The notes: generated by a model from the letters alone, not told the origin. 64,000 nucleotides of DNA from an uncultured Gemmiger sp. (GCA_944382835.1 CALWNP010000011.1:535-64534); one strand, 5' to 3'; counted from the stretch's first letter, positions 46,134 through 55,667 are shown. Numbers and translations: made by a program.

Positions 46134-47135
46134 ATGATCGAGATTCAACACATGACCAAGCGCTTCGCCACCCAAAGCGGCACGGTGGTGGCTCTGCGGG
46201 ACATCTCGTTGAGCATCCGGGACCGGGATATCTACGGCATCATCGGGATGTCCGGCGCCGGCAAATCCACCCTGGTGCGCTGCATCAATATGCTGGAGCG
46301 CCCCGATGAGGGCACGGTGGTGGTCAACGGCCGGGAGATGAATAACTTGAACGCTGCCGAGCTGCGGGCGGCCCGGCGGGAGATCACCATGATCTTTCAG
46401 CAGTTCAATCTTTTGATGCAGCGCACCTGCCTCAAAAACATCTGTTTCCCCATGGAGCTGGCCAAGGTTCCCAAGGCCGAGGCCGTCAAGCGCGCCCGGG
46501 AGCTGCTGGAACTGGTGGGCCTTCCCGATAAAGCGGATGCCTACCCGGCCCAGCTCTCGGGCGGCCAGAAACAGCGCATTGCCATTGCCCGTGCCCTGGC
46601 CACCAATCCCAAGGTGCTGCTCTGCGATGAGGCCACCAGCGCTCTGGACCCCAACACCACCCATTCCATCCTGCAGCTGATCCGCAAGATCAACCAGGAA
46701 CTGGGCATTACGGTGGTCATCATCACCCATCAGATGAGCGTGGTGGAGGAAATCTGCAATCGGGTTGCCATCCTGGACGAGGGCACCGTGGTAGAAGAAG
46801 GGGAGGTGCAGGCCATCTTCTCCAATCCTCAGTCTGCTGCGGCAAGGCGCCTGGTCTTCCCGGGCGGAGCCGCCCGCAGCGAGATGCTGCCCGGCCGGCG
46901 GATGGTACGGGTGGCCTTCAACGGTACCCAGACCACCGACAAACCCCTGGTGGCCAGCCTGGCCATCGAGTGTGGGGCGCTGGTCTCCATCGTGGCCGCC
47001 GATACCCGCATTGTCAACGGCCAGACCCTGGGCAGCATGCTGCTGGCATTGCCCGAAAGCCGGGAGGACGCCGAAAAGGCCATGGCCTACATCCGCAATT
47101 ATCCCGGCATCACCTGTGAGGAGGTTGAAGCATGA
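46134..47135 (+). CDS. metN: methionine ABC transporter ATPase
   Basis: GMSGAGKST, LSGGQKQR, LCDEATSALDP, C-terminal NIL domain. Confidence 0.95.
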   Translation: MIEIQHMTKRFATQSGTVVALRDISLSIRDRDIYGIIGMSGAGKSTLVRCINMLERPDEGTVVVNGREMNNLNAAELRAARREITMIFQQFNLLMQRTCLKNICFPMELAKVPKAEAVKRARELLELVGLPDKADAYPAQLSGGQKQRIAIARALATNPKVLLCDEATSALDPNTTHSILQLIRKINQELGITVVIITHQMSVVEEICNRVAILDEGTVVEEGEVQAIFSNPQSAAARRLVFPGGAARSEMLPGRRMVRVAFNGTQTTDKPLVASLAIECGALVSIVAADTRIVNGQTLGSMLLALPESREDAEKAMAYIRNYPGITCEEVEA

Positions 47136-47830
47136 GTGCCCTGTTTGCATCCGAAGAATGGCAGGTCCTGATGGACAATCTGCCCACCCTCCCTTTTGCC
47201 ACCTGGGAGAGCTTTTATGCCACCATTCTGTCCACCTTCCTGGCGCTGGTCATCGGGATTCCTCTGGGGGTTCTGCTGGTGGCAGGGGAGCAGGGGGGCG
47301 TATTGCCGCTGCCCCGCTGGCTGATGCAGCTGCTCAACGTGGTCATCAATCTGCTGCGCAGCGTTCCTTTTTTGATTCTGATGATCTTTGTCATTCCTCT
47401 TTCCCAGGCCATTGTGGGTACCTCCATCGGGACGGTGGCCTCCATTGTGCCACTGGTCATTGCTTCCTTTCCCTTTGTCTCCCGTCTGGTGGAATCCAGT
47501 CTGCGGGAGGTGGACGGCGGCGTCATTGAGGCGGCCCAGAGCATGGGTGCCACCCCCATGCAGATCATCGCCAAGGTGATGATCCCCGAAAGCATGCCCA
47601 GCCTGATCTCCAACATCACCATCGCCCTGACCACCATCCTGGGCTACTCGGCCATGGCGGGCATCATCGGCGGCGGTGGACTGGGCCAGATTGCCATCAA
47701 CTATGGCTATTACCGCTACAAATATCTGATCATGGCGGTGGCCACCGCGCTGTTGGTGGTGATGGTTCAGGTGTTCCAGAGCCTGGGCACCTGGCTGGCC
47801 ACCCACTGCGACAAACGGCTGCGCCGCTGA
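47132..47830 (+). CDS. metI: methionine ABC transporter permease
   Basis: NLLRSVPFLILM, EAAQSMGA, GYSAMAG.IGGGGLG..AI.YGY.RY. Confidence 0.95.
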   Translation: MSALFASEEWQVLMDNLPTLPFATWESFYATILSTFLALVIGIPLGVLLVAGEQGGVLPLPRWLMQLLNVVINLLRSVPFLILMIFVIPLSQAIVGTSIGTVASIVPLVIASFPFVSRLVESSLREVDGGVIEAAQSMGATPMQIIAKVMIPESMPSLISNITIALTTILGYSAMAGIIGGGGLGQIAINYGYYRYKYLIMAVATALLVVMVQVFQSLGTWLATHCDKRLRR

Positions 47831-47918
47831 GGACGGTTCAAAAAAAGTTCAAGGTTTCTTACCATTTTTTTCAAAACACTTTTATAAGTTTACCACACAC
47901 CGCCGGTATACTGTAACC

Positions 47919-48045
47919 GTAGTCAAAAAGACCACCGGTTCTGCACAACAGACCGTCATTTCTTCACTGCGTCTTTGCCATGCGAGGGCAATAGTCCGGC
48001 AAAGACCAGACAACCAATTCGGCCAGGTACCGGCCTTTTGAATAG
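47919..48045 (+). ncRNA. candidate 6S-like RNA (rod-shaped hairpin with central bubble)
   Basis: TATACT -10 at 47907; nested pairings TCAAAA/TTTTGA, CCGGT/ACCGG, CCG/CGG, unpaired bubble, GTCTTTGCC/GGCAAAGAC; downstream terminator; shorter than typical 6S. Confidence 0.5.
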
Positions 48046-48058
48046 ATGGCAAAGCAAC

Positions 48059-48104
48059 AAAGCCCCGGGCGCCAAATCACAGGATTTGACGTCCGGGGCT
48101 TTTG
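48059..48104. terminator. bidirectional terminator
   Basis: AAAGCCCCGGGCGCCAAATC-acag-GATTTGACGTCCGGGGCTTT. Confidence 0.88.
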
Positions 48105-48121
48105 TCTGCGTATCGGAAAAA

Positions 48122-49174
48122 TTACAGCGCTGCGATGTCGGCCAGCAGTGCCTCCACATCCTCGTCCCGGGTGGCCCAGCTGGTGCAGAACCGCACGGCG
48201 GTGTGGGAATCGTCACACCGGGCAATCCAGGAGGTGGCGTATTTCTGGTTCAAAGTTTCCAGCCAGGCATCCGGCAGGATGGGGAACTGCTGGTTGGTGG
48301 GGCTGTCAAAGAGCATCTTGCAGCCTTTGGCCTCCAGCGCACGGCGGATCTTCATGGCCTGGTTGTTGGCCTTGGCGGCCATCTGGAAATAGGCGCTTTT
48401 GCCGGTGCCGTCCTCACCGTCCAGCAGGGCCAGGAACTGCAGTCCCAGCAAACGGCCCTTGGCCAGCATCCCGCCGTGCTGCTTGATGGCATAGCGGAAA
48501 TCCTTTTTCAGATCCTCATTGAGGATGACCAGCGCCTCGCCGAAGAGGGCACCGCACTTGGTACCGCCCAGATAAAAGACATCGCAGAGCGAGGCATAGT
48601 CCTCCAGCGACAGGTCGTTGCCCTCGCTGGTCAGGCCGTAGGCCATCCGGGCGCCGTCCACAAAGAGGTAGAGCCCGCAGTCGTAGCAGACCGCCGAGAG
48701 ATCGGTCAGGTCTTCCTTGGTGTACAGGGTGCCGTCCTCGGTGGGGTTGGAGATGTACACCATGCCGGGCTGCACCACATGCTCGTGGTTGTCCAGCGCC
48801 CAGTGTTCTTCGTAGGCATCCTTGACCTGCTGGGCGGTGATTTTGCCCTGCACCGACGGCAAGGCCAGGCATTTGTGCCCGGTGGCTTCCACCGAACCGG
48901 TCTCATGGACATTGATATGGCCGCTATCGGCGCACAGAACCCCCTGCCAAGGCTTGAGGGCCGCATCGATGACGGTCAGGTTGGCCTGGGTGGCGCCCAC
49001 CATGAAATGGACATCGGCCTGGGGGGCATCGCACAGACGGCGGATCAGCTCCTGGGCCTTGGCACAGTATTCATCCATGCCGTAGCCGGGGGTCTGCTCC
49101 AGATTGGTCTTCTGCATCAGATCCAGCACCGGCTGGGCGGCACCTTCCCCGTAATCGCACTCAAAACGAATCAT
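48122..49174 (-). CDS. ltaE: low-specificity L-threonine aldolase family enzyme
   Basis: F.CDY.EG, HINVHETG, YISNPTEDGT.Y, DGARM, GGTKCG (PLP lysine). Confidence 0.9.
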   Translation of the reverse strand: MIRFECDYGEGAAQPVLDLMQKTNLEQTPGYGMDEYCAKAQELIRRLCDAPQADVHFMVGATQANLTVIDAALKPWQGVLCADSGHINVHETGSVEATGHKCLALPSVQGKITAQQVKDAYEEHWALDNHEHVVQPGMVYISNPTEDGTLYTKEDLTDLSAVCYDCGLYLFVDGARMAYGLTSEGNDLSLEDYASLCDVFYLGGTKCGALFGEALVILNEDLKKDFRYAIKQHGGMLAKGRLLGLQFLALLDGEDGTGKSAYFQMAAKANNQAMKIRRALEAKGCKMLFDSPTNQQFPILPDAWLETLNQKYATSWIARCDDSHTAVRFCTSWATRDEDVEALLADIAAL

Positions 49175-49192
49175 ATACTTCCACACTCACGT

Positions 49193-49564
49193 TTAGCTTT
49201 GTTCCCCAAAATATTTGCGGATGCAGCGCATGCTTTCCTCGCTGATCACATGCTCGATGCGGCAGGCATCCTGCGCCGCAACTTCGGGGCTGACCCCAAT
49301 TTTTTCCAGGACGGCGGTCAGAGCGCGGTGCCGGCCGTACACGCCCTGTGCCAGGGCCAGACCCTCCTCGGTCAGGGTCAGCGCCCCGTCATGGGGGTCC
49401 ATCTCCAGCAGCCCGCTGCTTTTCAGCAGACTGATGGCGCGGCTGACACTGGGCTTGGTCACGCCCAGATGCTCAGCCACATCGATGCTGCGCACATAGG
49501 GATTTTCCTGACTGAGCATGAGGATGGTTTCGAGGTAATCCTCGCGTGATTCGGTCGGACGCAT
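49193..49564 (-). CDS. DtxR/MntR-family metal-dependent regulator (short form)
   Basis: EDYLETI, VRSIDVAEHLGVTKPSVS, DACRIEHVIS. Confidence 0.92.
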   Translation of the reverse strand: MRPTESREDYLETILMLSQENPYVRSIDVAEHLGVTKPSVSRAISLLKSSGLLEMDPHDGALTLTEEGLALAQGVYGRHRALTAVLEKIGVSPEVAAQDACRIEHVISEESMRCIRKYFGEQS

Positions 49565-49658
49565 GAATGATTCGTCCCCTTTCTATGGATTGGGTGTCAG
49601 TTTTACTCTCATTGTACGACTTTTTTTGCCCGGTGTAAAGACGCAGGGGTCAGGGTGG

Positions 49659-49687
49659 TTGACAGGCAGGGGATGGTCGGATATAAT
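49659..49687 (+). promoter_or_regulatory. sigma-A promoter
   Basis: TTGACA-N17-TATAAT, exact consensus. Confidence 0.92.
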
Positions 49688-49693
49688 AACCTG

Positions 49694-49752
49694 CGGGAAT
49701 GAAGTTCTCCCGTGGGAAACCAAAACCGCTTTTGACGAGCTGATGACTTCTG
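49694..49752 (+). ncRNA. fluoride riboswitch (crcB motif)
   Basis: GGGAATGAAGTTCTCCC...AAACCGCT...GCTGATGACTTCT matches the crcB aptamer pattern including the GAAGT/ACTTC pseudoknot. Confidence 0.92.
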
Positions 49753-49787
49753 TGATGGAATGGATCGCAGAAGGCATCAGCTCTTTT
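49737..49787 (+). terminator. riboswitch expression-platform terminator
   Basis: GAGCTGATGACTTCTGTGAT/ATCGCAGAAGGCATCAGCTC 20-bp stem plus TTTT, overlapping the 3' half of the aptamer. Confidence 0.85.
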
Positions 49788-49809
49788 GCGTCCGAAAGGA
49801 GTTTTGTGT

Positions 49810-51030
49810 ATGTTGACCTCCCTGGCACTGATCTTTTTGGTGGGGCTGTCGCTGGCAGCCCTCTGTCAGCAGCTGCGGCTGCCCCGCATCATCGGGATGC
49901 TCTTCACCGGCATCCTGTTGGGGCCCCATCTGCTCAACCTTTTGGACCCGTCCATCCTCTCCATCTCAGCGGATCTGCGGCAGATGGCCCTGATCATTAT
50001 TCTGATCAAGGCCGGTCTGTCCCTGAACCTGGCCGACCTCAAGCGGGTGGGGCGCCCGGCCGTCCTGATGTGCTTTCTACCCGCCTCCTTTGAAATGCTG
50101 GCGTTCTGGCTGCTGGCGCCCTCCTTGCTGGGCATCACCCGGGTGGAAGCAGCGGTCATGGGGGCAGTGCTGGGGGCGGTATCTCCCGCTATTGTGGTGC
50201 CCCGGATGGTCCAGCTTATGGAAACCGGGTACGGTACCAAGAAGGGCATCCCTCAGATGATCCTGGCGGGGGCTTCCTGCGACGACATCTATGTGATTGT
50301 GCTGTTCACCACCTTCACCGGCATGGCCCAGGGGAGCGATGCCAGCCTGTGGGCACTGGCTGGGGTGCCGGTGTCCATCCTATTGGGGGTTCTGCTGGGC
50401 GCCCTGGTGGGGGTGGGACTGGCGTACTTTTTTGAAACGGCCTATGCCCACCGGCACTATGTCCGCAACAGCATGAAGGTGATCCTGGTGCTGGGCATTG
50501 CCTTTCTGTTGATTGCAGTGGAAAACGCCCTCAAAGGCATTGTACCGGTTTCGGGGCTGCTGGCGGTGGTCAGCATGGCCTGCGTACTCCATATAAAATG
50601 CACCCCGTTTGTCTCCTGCCGCTTGGCCGAGAAGTTCGGCAAGCTGTGGCTGGCCGCCGAGGTCATCCTCTTTGTCCTGGTGGGGGCGGCGGTGGACATC
50701 CGCTACACCCTGGAGGCCGGTCCGATGGCGGTGCTGATGATCCTGCTGGCGCTGGTGTTCCGGATGCTCGGGGTGCAGCTCTGTGTGCTGGGCACCTCGC
50801 TGACCCGGCGGGAACGGCTCTTCTGTGCCATTGCCTACCTGCCCAAGGCCACGGTTCAGGCGGCCATCGGTTCGGTGCCGCTGGCCCTGGGGCTGCCCTG
50901 CGGCAAATTGGTGCTCTCGGTGGCGGTGCTGGCCATCCTGATCACCGCACCGCTGGGGGCACTGGGGATCGATCTGAGTTTTCCGCGCTGCCTGGAGCGG
51001 ACAGAATTGCCGGCAGGGGAGAGGCAATAA
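49810..51030 (+). CDS. cation:proton antiporter (CPA1/NHA-like)
   Basis: About 12 TM helices; LRQMALIIILIKAGL, AVSPAIVVP, ASCDDI, YLPKATVQAAIG. Confidence 0.88.
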   Translation: MLTSLALIFLVGLSLAALCQQLRLPRIIGMLFTGILLGPHLLNLLDPSILSISADLRQMALIIILIKAGLSLNLADLKRVGRPAVLMCFLPASFEMLAFWLLAPSLLGITRVEAAVMGAVLGAVSPAIVVPRMVQLMETGYGTKKGIPQMILAGASCDDIYVIVLFTTFTGMAQGSDASLWALAGVPVSILLGVLLGALVGVGLAYFFETAYAHRHYVRNSMKVILVLGIAFLLIAVENALKGIVPVSGLLAVVSMACVLHIKCTPFVSCRLAEKFGKLWLAAEVILFVLVGAAVDIRYTLEAGPMAVLMILLALVFRMLGVQLCVLGTSLTRRERLFCAIAYLPKATVQAAIGSVPLALGLPCGKLVLSVAVLAILITAPLGALGIDLSFPRCLERTELPAGERQ

Positions 51031-51082
51031 AATCTATCGGATCCGGCCGCCTTTTTCCATGCAAGAAGAGGAAAAAATTCTC

Positions 51083-51111
51083 TTGCTTCACTGCAAAAAC
51101 ATCGCTATAAT
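51083..51111 (+). promoter_or_regulatory. sigma-A promoter
   Basis: TTGCTT-N17-TATAAT. Confidence 0.7.
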
Positions 51112-51144
51112 AGCATTTGGTGTAAAAAGATAGGAGGTTTTTGT

Positions 51145-52500
51145 GTGAAACGAGAAAACTTTGCCTCCCGACTGGGCTTTATTCTGGTCAGTGCGGGATG
51201 CGCCATCGGAATCGGCAATGTCTGGCGGTTCCCCACCGTGACCGGGCAGAACGGCGGCGGTGTGTTTGTGCTGTTCTATCTGCTCTTCCTCATCATCATG
51301 GGGATGCCGGTTCTGACCATGGAGCTGGCTGTGGGCCGTGCCGGACGGGGCAGTGCCTGTTCGGCCTACCGGGCACTGGAGCCTGCCGGCAGCAAATGGC
51401 ACCTGCACGGCTGGGTCTGCCTGCTGGGGTGCTGTGTGCTGATGATGTACTATACCACCGTCAGCGGCTGGATGCTTAGCTACTTCTTCAAGTACCTGAC
51501 CGGCACCTTTGTGGGGGTCGAGGGAGATGCGGTGGCAGGCGTATTCAATGCCCTGCTGGCCAACCCGGTGGAGATGGGCTTCTGGACCATCGTCACCGTC
51601 ATTCTTGGCTTCGTGATCTGCAGCTTCGGGCTGCAAAACGGTCTGGAGCGGATCGGCAAGGTGATGATGAGTGCCCTGCTGGTTCTGATCCTGGTGCTGG
51701 TGGTACACAGCTTTACCCTCAGCGGTGCCAAGGACGGCCTGGCATTCTACCTGCTGCCCGATTGGAACCGTGCCAGCGAGGTGGGCCTGGGGACGGTGAT
51801 CAGCGCGGCCATGAACCAGTCCTTCTTCACCCTGAGCCTGGGCATCGCGGCCATGGAGATCTTCGGCAGCTACATGAGCCGGGACTACACTTTGCCCGGC
51901 GAGGCGGTGCGGATCTGCGCTCTGGACACCCTGGTGGCCATCAGCGCCGGTCTGATCATCTTCCCGGCCTGCTTCAGCTTTGGGGTCAGCCCCGACAGCG
52001 GCCCGCAGCTCATCTTCATCACCCTGCCCAACGTCTTTGCCAGCATGGCAGGGGGCCGGATCTGGGGCGCTCTGTTCTTCCTCTTCATGACCTTTGCCAG
52101 CTTTACCACCGTCATTGCAGTGTTTGAAAACATCCTCGCCTTCATGATGGACGAGTTCCACTGGACCCGCAAAAAGGCGGCCATCGTGGGCGGCATCGTG
52201 ATCCTGCTTGCCAGCATGCCCTGTGTGCTGGGCTTCAACCTGCTGTCTGCCTTCCAGCCTCTGGGGGAGGGCAGCACGGTACTGGACGGGGAGGACTTCC
52301 TGGTCAGCAATCTGCTGCTGCCCATCGGCAGCCTGATCTACCTGCTCTTCTGTGTTACCAAGTGGGGGTGGGGCTTTGACCGCTACCTCGAGGAGGCCAA
52401 CACCGGCAGCGGCCCCAAGATGCCGCGCTGGCTCAAACCCTATTTCTCGGTGGTTCTGCCCATCCTGATTATCATTATTCTGGTGCAGGGGCTGCTGTAA
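51145..52500 (+). CDS. sodium-dependent transporter, NSS/SNF family
   Basis: RENFASRLGFIL..AG.AIG.GNVWRFP, GGG.F, QSFFTLSLG, GPQLIFITLP. Confidence 0.95.
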   Translation: MKRENFASRLGFILVSAGCAIGIGNVWRFPTVTGQNGGGVFVLFYLLFLIIMGMPVLTMELAVGRAGRGSACSAYRALEPAGSKWHLHGWVCLLGCCVLMMYYTTVSGWMLSYFFKYLTGTFVGVEGDAVAGVFNALLANPVEMGFWTIVTVILGFVICSFGLQNGLERIGKVMMSALLVLILVLVVHSFTLSGAKDGLAFYLLPDWNRASEVGLGTVISAAMNQSFFTLSLGIAAMEIFGSYMSRDYTLPGEAVRICALDTLVAISAGLIIFPACFSFGVSPDSGPQLIFITLPNVFASMAGGRIWGALFFLFMTFASFTTVIAVFENILAFMMDEFHWTRKKAAIVGGIVILLASMPCVLGFNLLSAFQPLGEGSTVLDGEDFLVSNLLLPIGSLIYLLFCVTKWGWGFDRYLEEANTGSGPKMPRWLKPYFSVVLPILIIIILVQGLL

Positions 52501-52514
52501 CTTCAACGCAATAC

Positions 52515-52565
52515 AAAACCGCCGCGGTCGCTTCCCTTGGGAGGCAAACCGCGGCGGTTTTTGTT
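52515..52565. terminator. bidirectional terminator
   Basis: AAAACCGCCGCGGT...ACCGCGGCGGTTTT. Confidence 0.88.
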
Positions 52566-52580
52566 TGGTTGGGTCAGAAA

Positions 52581-52940
52581 TCAGGGCATCTGAAATCCCG
52601 GTTCCCCGGGAAGGATCAGATGGTTGTGTTCCAGCAGCAGGCGAAATTCCTCGTCGCTCATCTCAAAGGTGACCTCCCGGATCATGGCGGGCTCATGGAG
52701 CAGCACATGCCAGGGGGAACCGTTGGGCTGCTGGAGAAAGAGCAGGTTCTCCACCTTGCCCAGGTTTTGCACCGCCTCATCCGCCAACAGGGAGGGGGCG
52801 GGCACCACAAAGTAGTGATCCACCATCCGCCCATCGGCAAAATCATGCTCGATCACAGCGGGAATCTCGTTTTCGGCCTGGGTATTCTTGTACTGCATCC
52901 GCAGTGAGAGAAAATCCGCCGCCGTCAGAACCTTTGGCAT
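52581..52940 (-). CDS. hypothetical protein (119 aa)
   Basis: AAGGAGG RBS before ATG 52940; globular composition; downstream of uraA. Confidence 0.75.
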   Translation of the reverse strand: MPKVLTAADFLSLRMQYKNTQAENEIPAVIEHDFADGRMVDHYFVVPAPSLLADEAVQNLGKVENLLFLQQPNGSPWHVLLHEPAMIREVTFEMSDEEFRLLLEHNHLILPGEPGFQMP

Positions 52941-52968
52941 GGAAAAACCTCCTTGGAAAAAAGCGGGA

Positions 52969-54297
52969 TCAGACGCGCAGGCTGGCACCTTCGCCGGTGC
53001 CCTCGCCGTCGTCAAACTCGTAGTTGTTGCCGGGCAGGATGGCGTTGAGCAGGATGCCCAGGATGGCGGCGATGGCCAGGCCGGACAGGTTGATGCTGAC
53101 ACCGAAGACCACAAAGGTGATGCCGCCCAGCGAATTGAAGCCCAGGGCGGAGACCAGGATCATGGCGGCGATGATCAGGTTGCGGGAGTTGGTGAAGTCC
53201 ACGTTGTTTTCCACCACATTGCGCACGCCGATGGCCGAGATCATGCCGTAGAGCACGAAGCTGATGCCGCCGATGATGCCGGTGGGGATGGTGTTGATGA
53301 TTGCCTCAAACTTGGGGCAGAAGCTCAGGATCACCGCAAAGACAGCGGCGATGCGGATGACCAGGGGATCGTAGATCTTGGTCAGGGCCAGCACACCGGT
53401 GTTTTCGCCGTAGGTGGTGTTGGCCGGGCCGCCCATCAGGCCGGCCATGGTGGTGGCCAGACCGTCGCCCATCAGGGTGCGGTTCAGACCGGGGTCCCGG
53501 ATATAGTTCTTGCCGGTGGTAGCGCTGATGGCGGCAATATCTCCGATGTGTTCCATCATGGTGGCCAGTGCGATGGGGACGATGGTGAAGATGGCGCTGA
53601 TGAAGGCGGAAGAACCGTCAATGGCAAACAGGCCGCTTTCCGCCTTGTGCAGCGGCAGGCCAAACCAGGCCGCCTGACCGATGGCGGTAAAGTCCACCGC
53701 GCCGGTGACCAGGGCCACCGCATAGGAGACCAGCACGCCCAGCAGGATGGGCAGAATCTTGATCATGCCCTTGCCCCAGATGTTGCAGGCAATAACCACG
53801 GCCAGTGCCACAATGGCCAGCAGCCAGTTGCTTTCACAGTTGGTGATGGCGCTGGGGGCCAGAATCAGGCCGATGGCGATGATGATGGGGCCGGTGACCA
53901 CCGGCGGGAAAAACCGCATGATGCGGCGGATGCCGAACACCGAGATCAGGCCGCTGACCACCAGGTACAGCAAGCCGGAAAAGGCCACAGCGGCGCAGGC
54001 ATAGGGCAGGTTTTCCAGGTTTTCCCCATTGTTGGTCACGATGGTGAAGCCGCCCAGATAGGCGAAGGACGAGCCCAGGAAGGCCGGAACCTTACCGCCG
54101 GTGATCAGGTGGAACAACAGAGTGCCCAGGCCGGCGCAGAGCAGGGTGGTGGAGACACTCAGGCCGGTGAGCAGCGGGACCAGCACGGTGGCGCCGAACA
54201 TGGCGAACATGTGCTGGGCACCCAGCACCAGCATCCGGGGCTTGCCCAGAGTACGGGCATCGTAGATGCCTTTGGAATAATCGATCTTTTCGCTCAT
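52969..54297 (-). CDS. uraA: uracil/xanthine permease (NCS2 family)
   Basis: QHMFAMFGATVLVP, FLGSSFAY, EHIGD, PANTTYGENTGV. Confidence 0.95.
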   Translation of the reverse strand: MSEKIDYSKGIYDARTLGKPRMLVLGAQHMFAMFGATVLVPLLTGLSVSTTLLCAGLGTLLFHLITGGKVPAFLGSSFAYLGGFTIVTNNGENLENLPYACAAVAFSGLLYLVVSGLISVFGIRRIMRFFPPVVTGPIIIAIGLILAPSAITNCESNWLLAIVALAVVIACNIWGKGMIKILPILLGVLVSYAVALVTGAVDFTAIGQAAWFGLPLHKAESGLFAIDGSSAFISAIFTIVPIALATMMEHIGDIAAISATTGKNYIRDPGLNRTLMGDGLATTMAGLMGGPANTTYGENTGVLALTKIYDPLVIRIAAVFAVILSFCPKFEAIINTIPTGIIGGISFVLYGMISAIGVRNVVENNVDFTNSRNLIIAAMILVSALGFNSLGGITFVVFGVSINLSGLAIAAILGILLNAILPGNNYEFDDGEGTGEGASLRV

Positions 54298-54341
54298 TCA
54301 AACTTCCTCCTCAAATTTAGATGTAAACCGATTTCGGCCGC

Positions 54342-54382
54342 AAAAAAAGAGGCGATACCGCATGCCACGGTGTAGCCTCTTT
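54342..54382 (-). terminator. leader terminator (attenuator) upstream of uraA
   Basis: Minus strand AAGAGGC...GCCTCTT followed by a T run, about 45 nt before the start codon. Confidence 0.75.
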
Positions 54383-54486
54383 TCCCAACAAAATCCTTCA
54401 AAGCAAACAATACCGGAAAGGGACGGAATGTCATACGGTCGATCATCTCCAAGACCCCTTTCACAGGATGCTTTCATATTGTATAT

Positions 54487-54515
54487 AGTGTATCAGAAAA
54501 TGGCGCAGGATGCAA
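54487..54515 (-). promoter_or_regulatory. sigma-A promoter for uraA
   Basis: TTGCAT-N17-TACACT on the minus strand. Confidence 0.65.
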
Positions 54516-54633
54516 GGCAGAGGAAGGATGGCAAAAGTTGTTTGCCATCCTGCGGAATCGTGTTATACTGGAACCGTTGTGACCCGACCATGGGAGCCAA
54601 CTCCCTGCCGGGCAGTCAGAGGGAGGAATCCTT

Positions 54634-55578
54634 GTGGAAAATTTGATCTTCAGCCTCAACGCCACCCTGCCGGTTTTTCTGCTCATGGTGGTGGGGGGCG
54701 TGCTGGGCAAGCTGGGCTTTCTGCCCCGTTCCTTTTGCTCGGTGGCAGACAAGCTGGTCTTTAAGGTGACCCTGCCGGTGATGCTGTTCTGCGATATGGC
54801 CAGCATCGACCTGGTCCATGATTTTCAGCCCCGGTTCGTGCTGTTCTGCGCTGGGGCCACCGCCATTGCCATCCTGGCCATCTGGTTTTTGGCGCGGCTG
54901 TTTTTGCGGGACAAATCCATGACCGGCGAGTTTGTCCAGGCGGCGTACCGCAGCAGTGCAGCCATCCTGGGGGTGGCCTTTATTCAGAATATCTACGGCA
55001 GTTCCGGGATGGCTCCCCAGATGATCCTGGGCAGTGTGCCGCTCTTCAACATCTTTGCGGTGGTGCTGCTGACGGTGGAAAATCCCGCCCATCGGGAGAA
55101 GGCCAACCCGCGGGCCATCCTCTACGGGGTGGTGACCAACCCGATTATCTTGGGCATTGTGGCGGGCACCCTGTTCAGCCTGCTGCCCTTTGGTCTGCCT
55201 GCCATTGCCCAGAAGACGCTGGACAATCTGGCTTCGCTGACCACGCCGCTGGCATTGCTCTCCATCGGGGCCTGCTTTGAGGGGGCCAAGGCCATCAAAA
55301 AGGTAGTTCCCACCCTGGTGGCGGCGGTCTGCAAGGTGGTGGTGCTGGTGGCCATTTTCCTGCCGGCAGCCATTGCCCTCGGTTTCCGGGATCAGGAGCT
55401 CATTGCGCTGCTCATCATGCTGGGCAGCCCCACCACCCCCAGCAGCTATGTCATGGCCAAAAATATGGGCCATGATGGGGTGCTGTCGGCCAGCGTGATT
55501 GCCGCCACCACCTTGCTTTCGGCCCTGACCCTGACCGGGTGGATTTTTCTGCTGCGCAGCCAGGGATACATCCGCTGA
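54634..55578 (+). CDS. AEC (auxin efflux carrier / malate permease-like) transporter
   Basis: Duplicated 5-TM halves, KLVFKVTLP..LF, TPLALLSIG, PTTPSSYVMA. Confidence 0.88.
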   Translation: MENLIFSLNATLPVFLLMVVGGVLGKLGFLPRSFCSVADKLVFKVTLPVMLFCDMASIDLVHDFQPRFVLFCAGATAIAILAIWFLARLFLRDKSMTGEFVQAAYRSSAAILGVAFIQNIYGSSGMAPQMILGSVPLFNIFAVVLLTVENPAHREKANPRAILYGVVTNPIILGIVAGTLFSLLPFGLPAIAQKTLDNLASLTTPLALLSIGACFEGAKAIKKVVPTLVAAVCKVVVLVAIFLPAAIALGFRDQELIALLIMLGSPTTPSSYVMAKNMGHDGVLSASVIAATTLLSALTLTGWIFLLRSQGYIR

Positions 55579-55667
55579 GTGCACATTCTCTGCCGCTGCC
55601 GCATACAGTGGGTCAGCGGGCAGAGATAAGGGAGATGTCCGCCGATGCAGAGAAAGGGGGATCCCCA

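Noticed and set aside
47919-48045. SRP RNA, tmRNA, RNase P RNA or raiA motif RNA
   Set aside because: Lacks the SRP domain IV GGAA/GCAG motif, a tRNA-like end with tag ORF, the RNase P P4 signature, and the raiA 5' core
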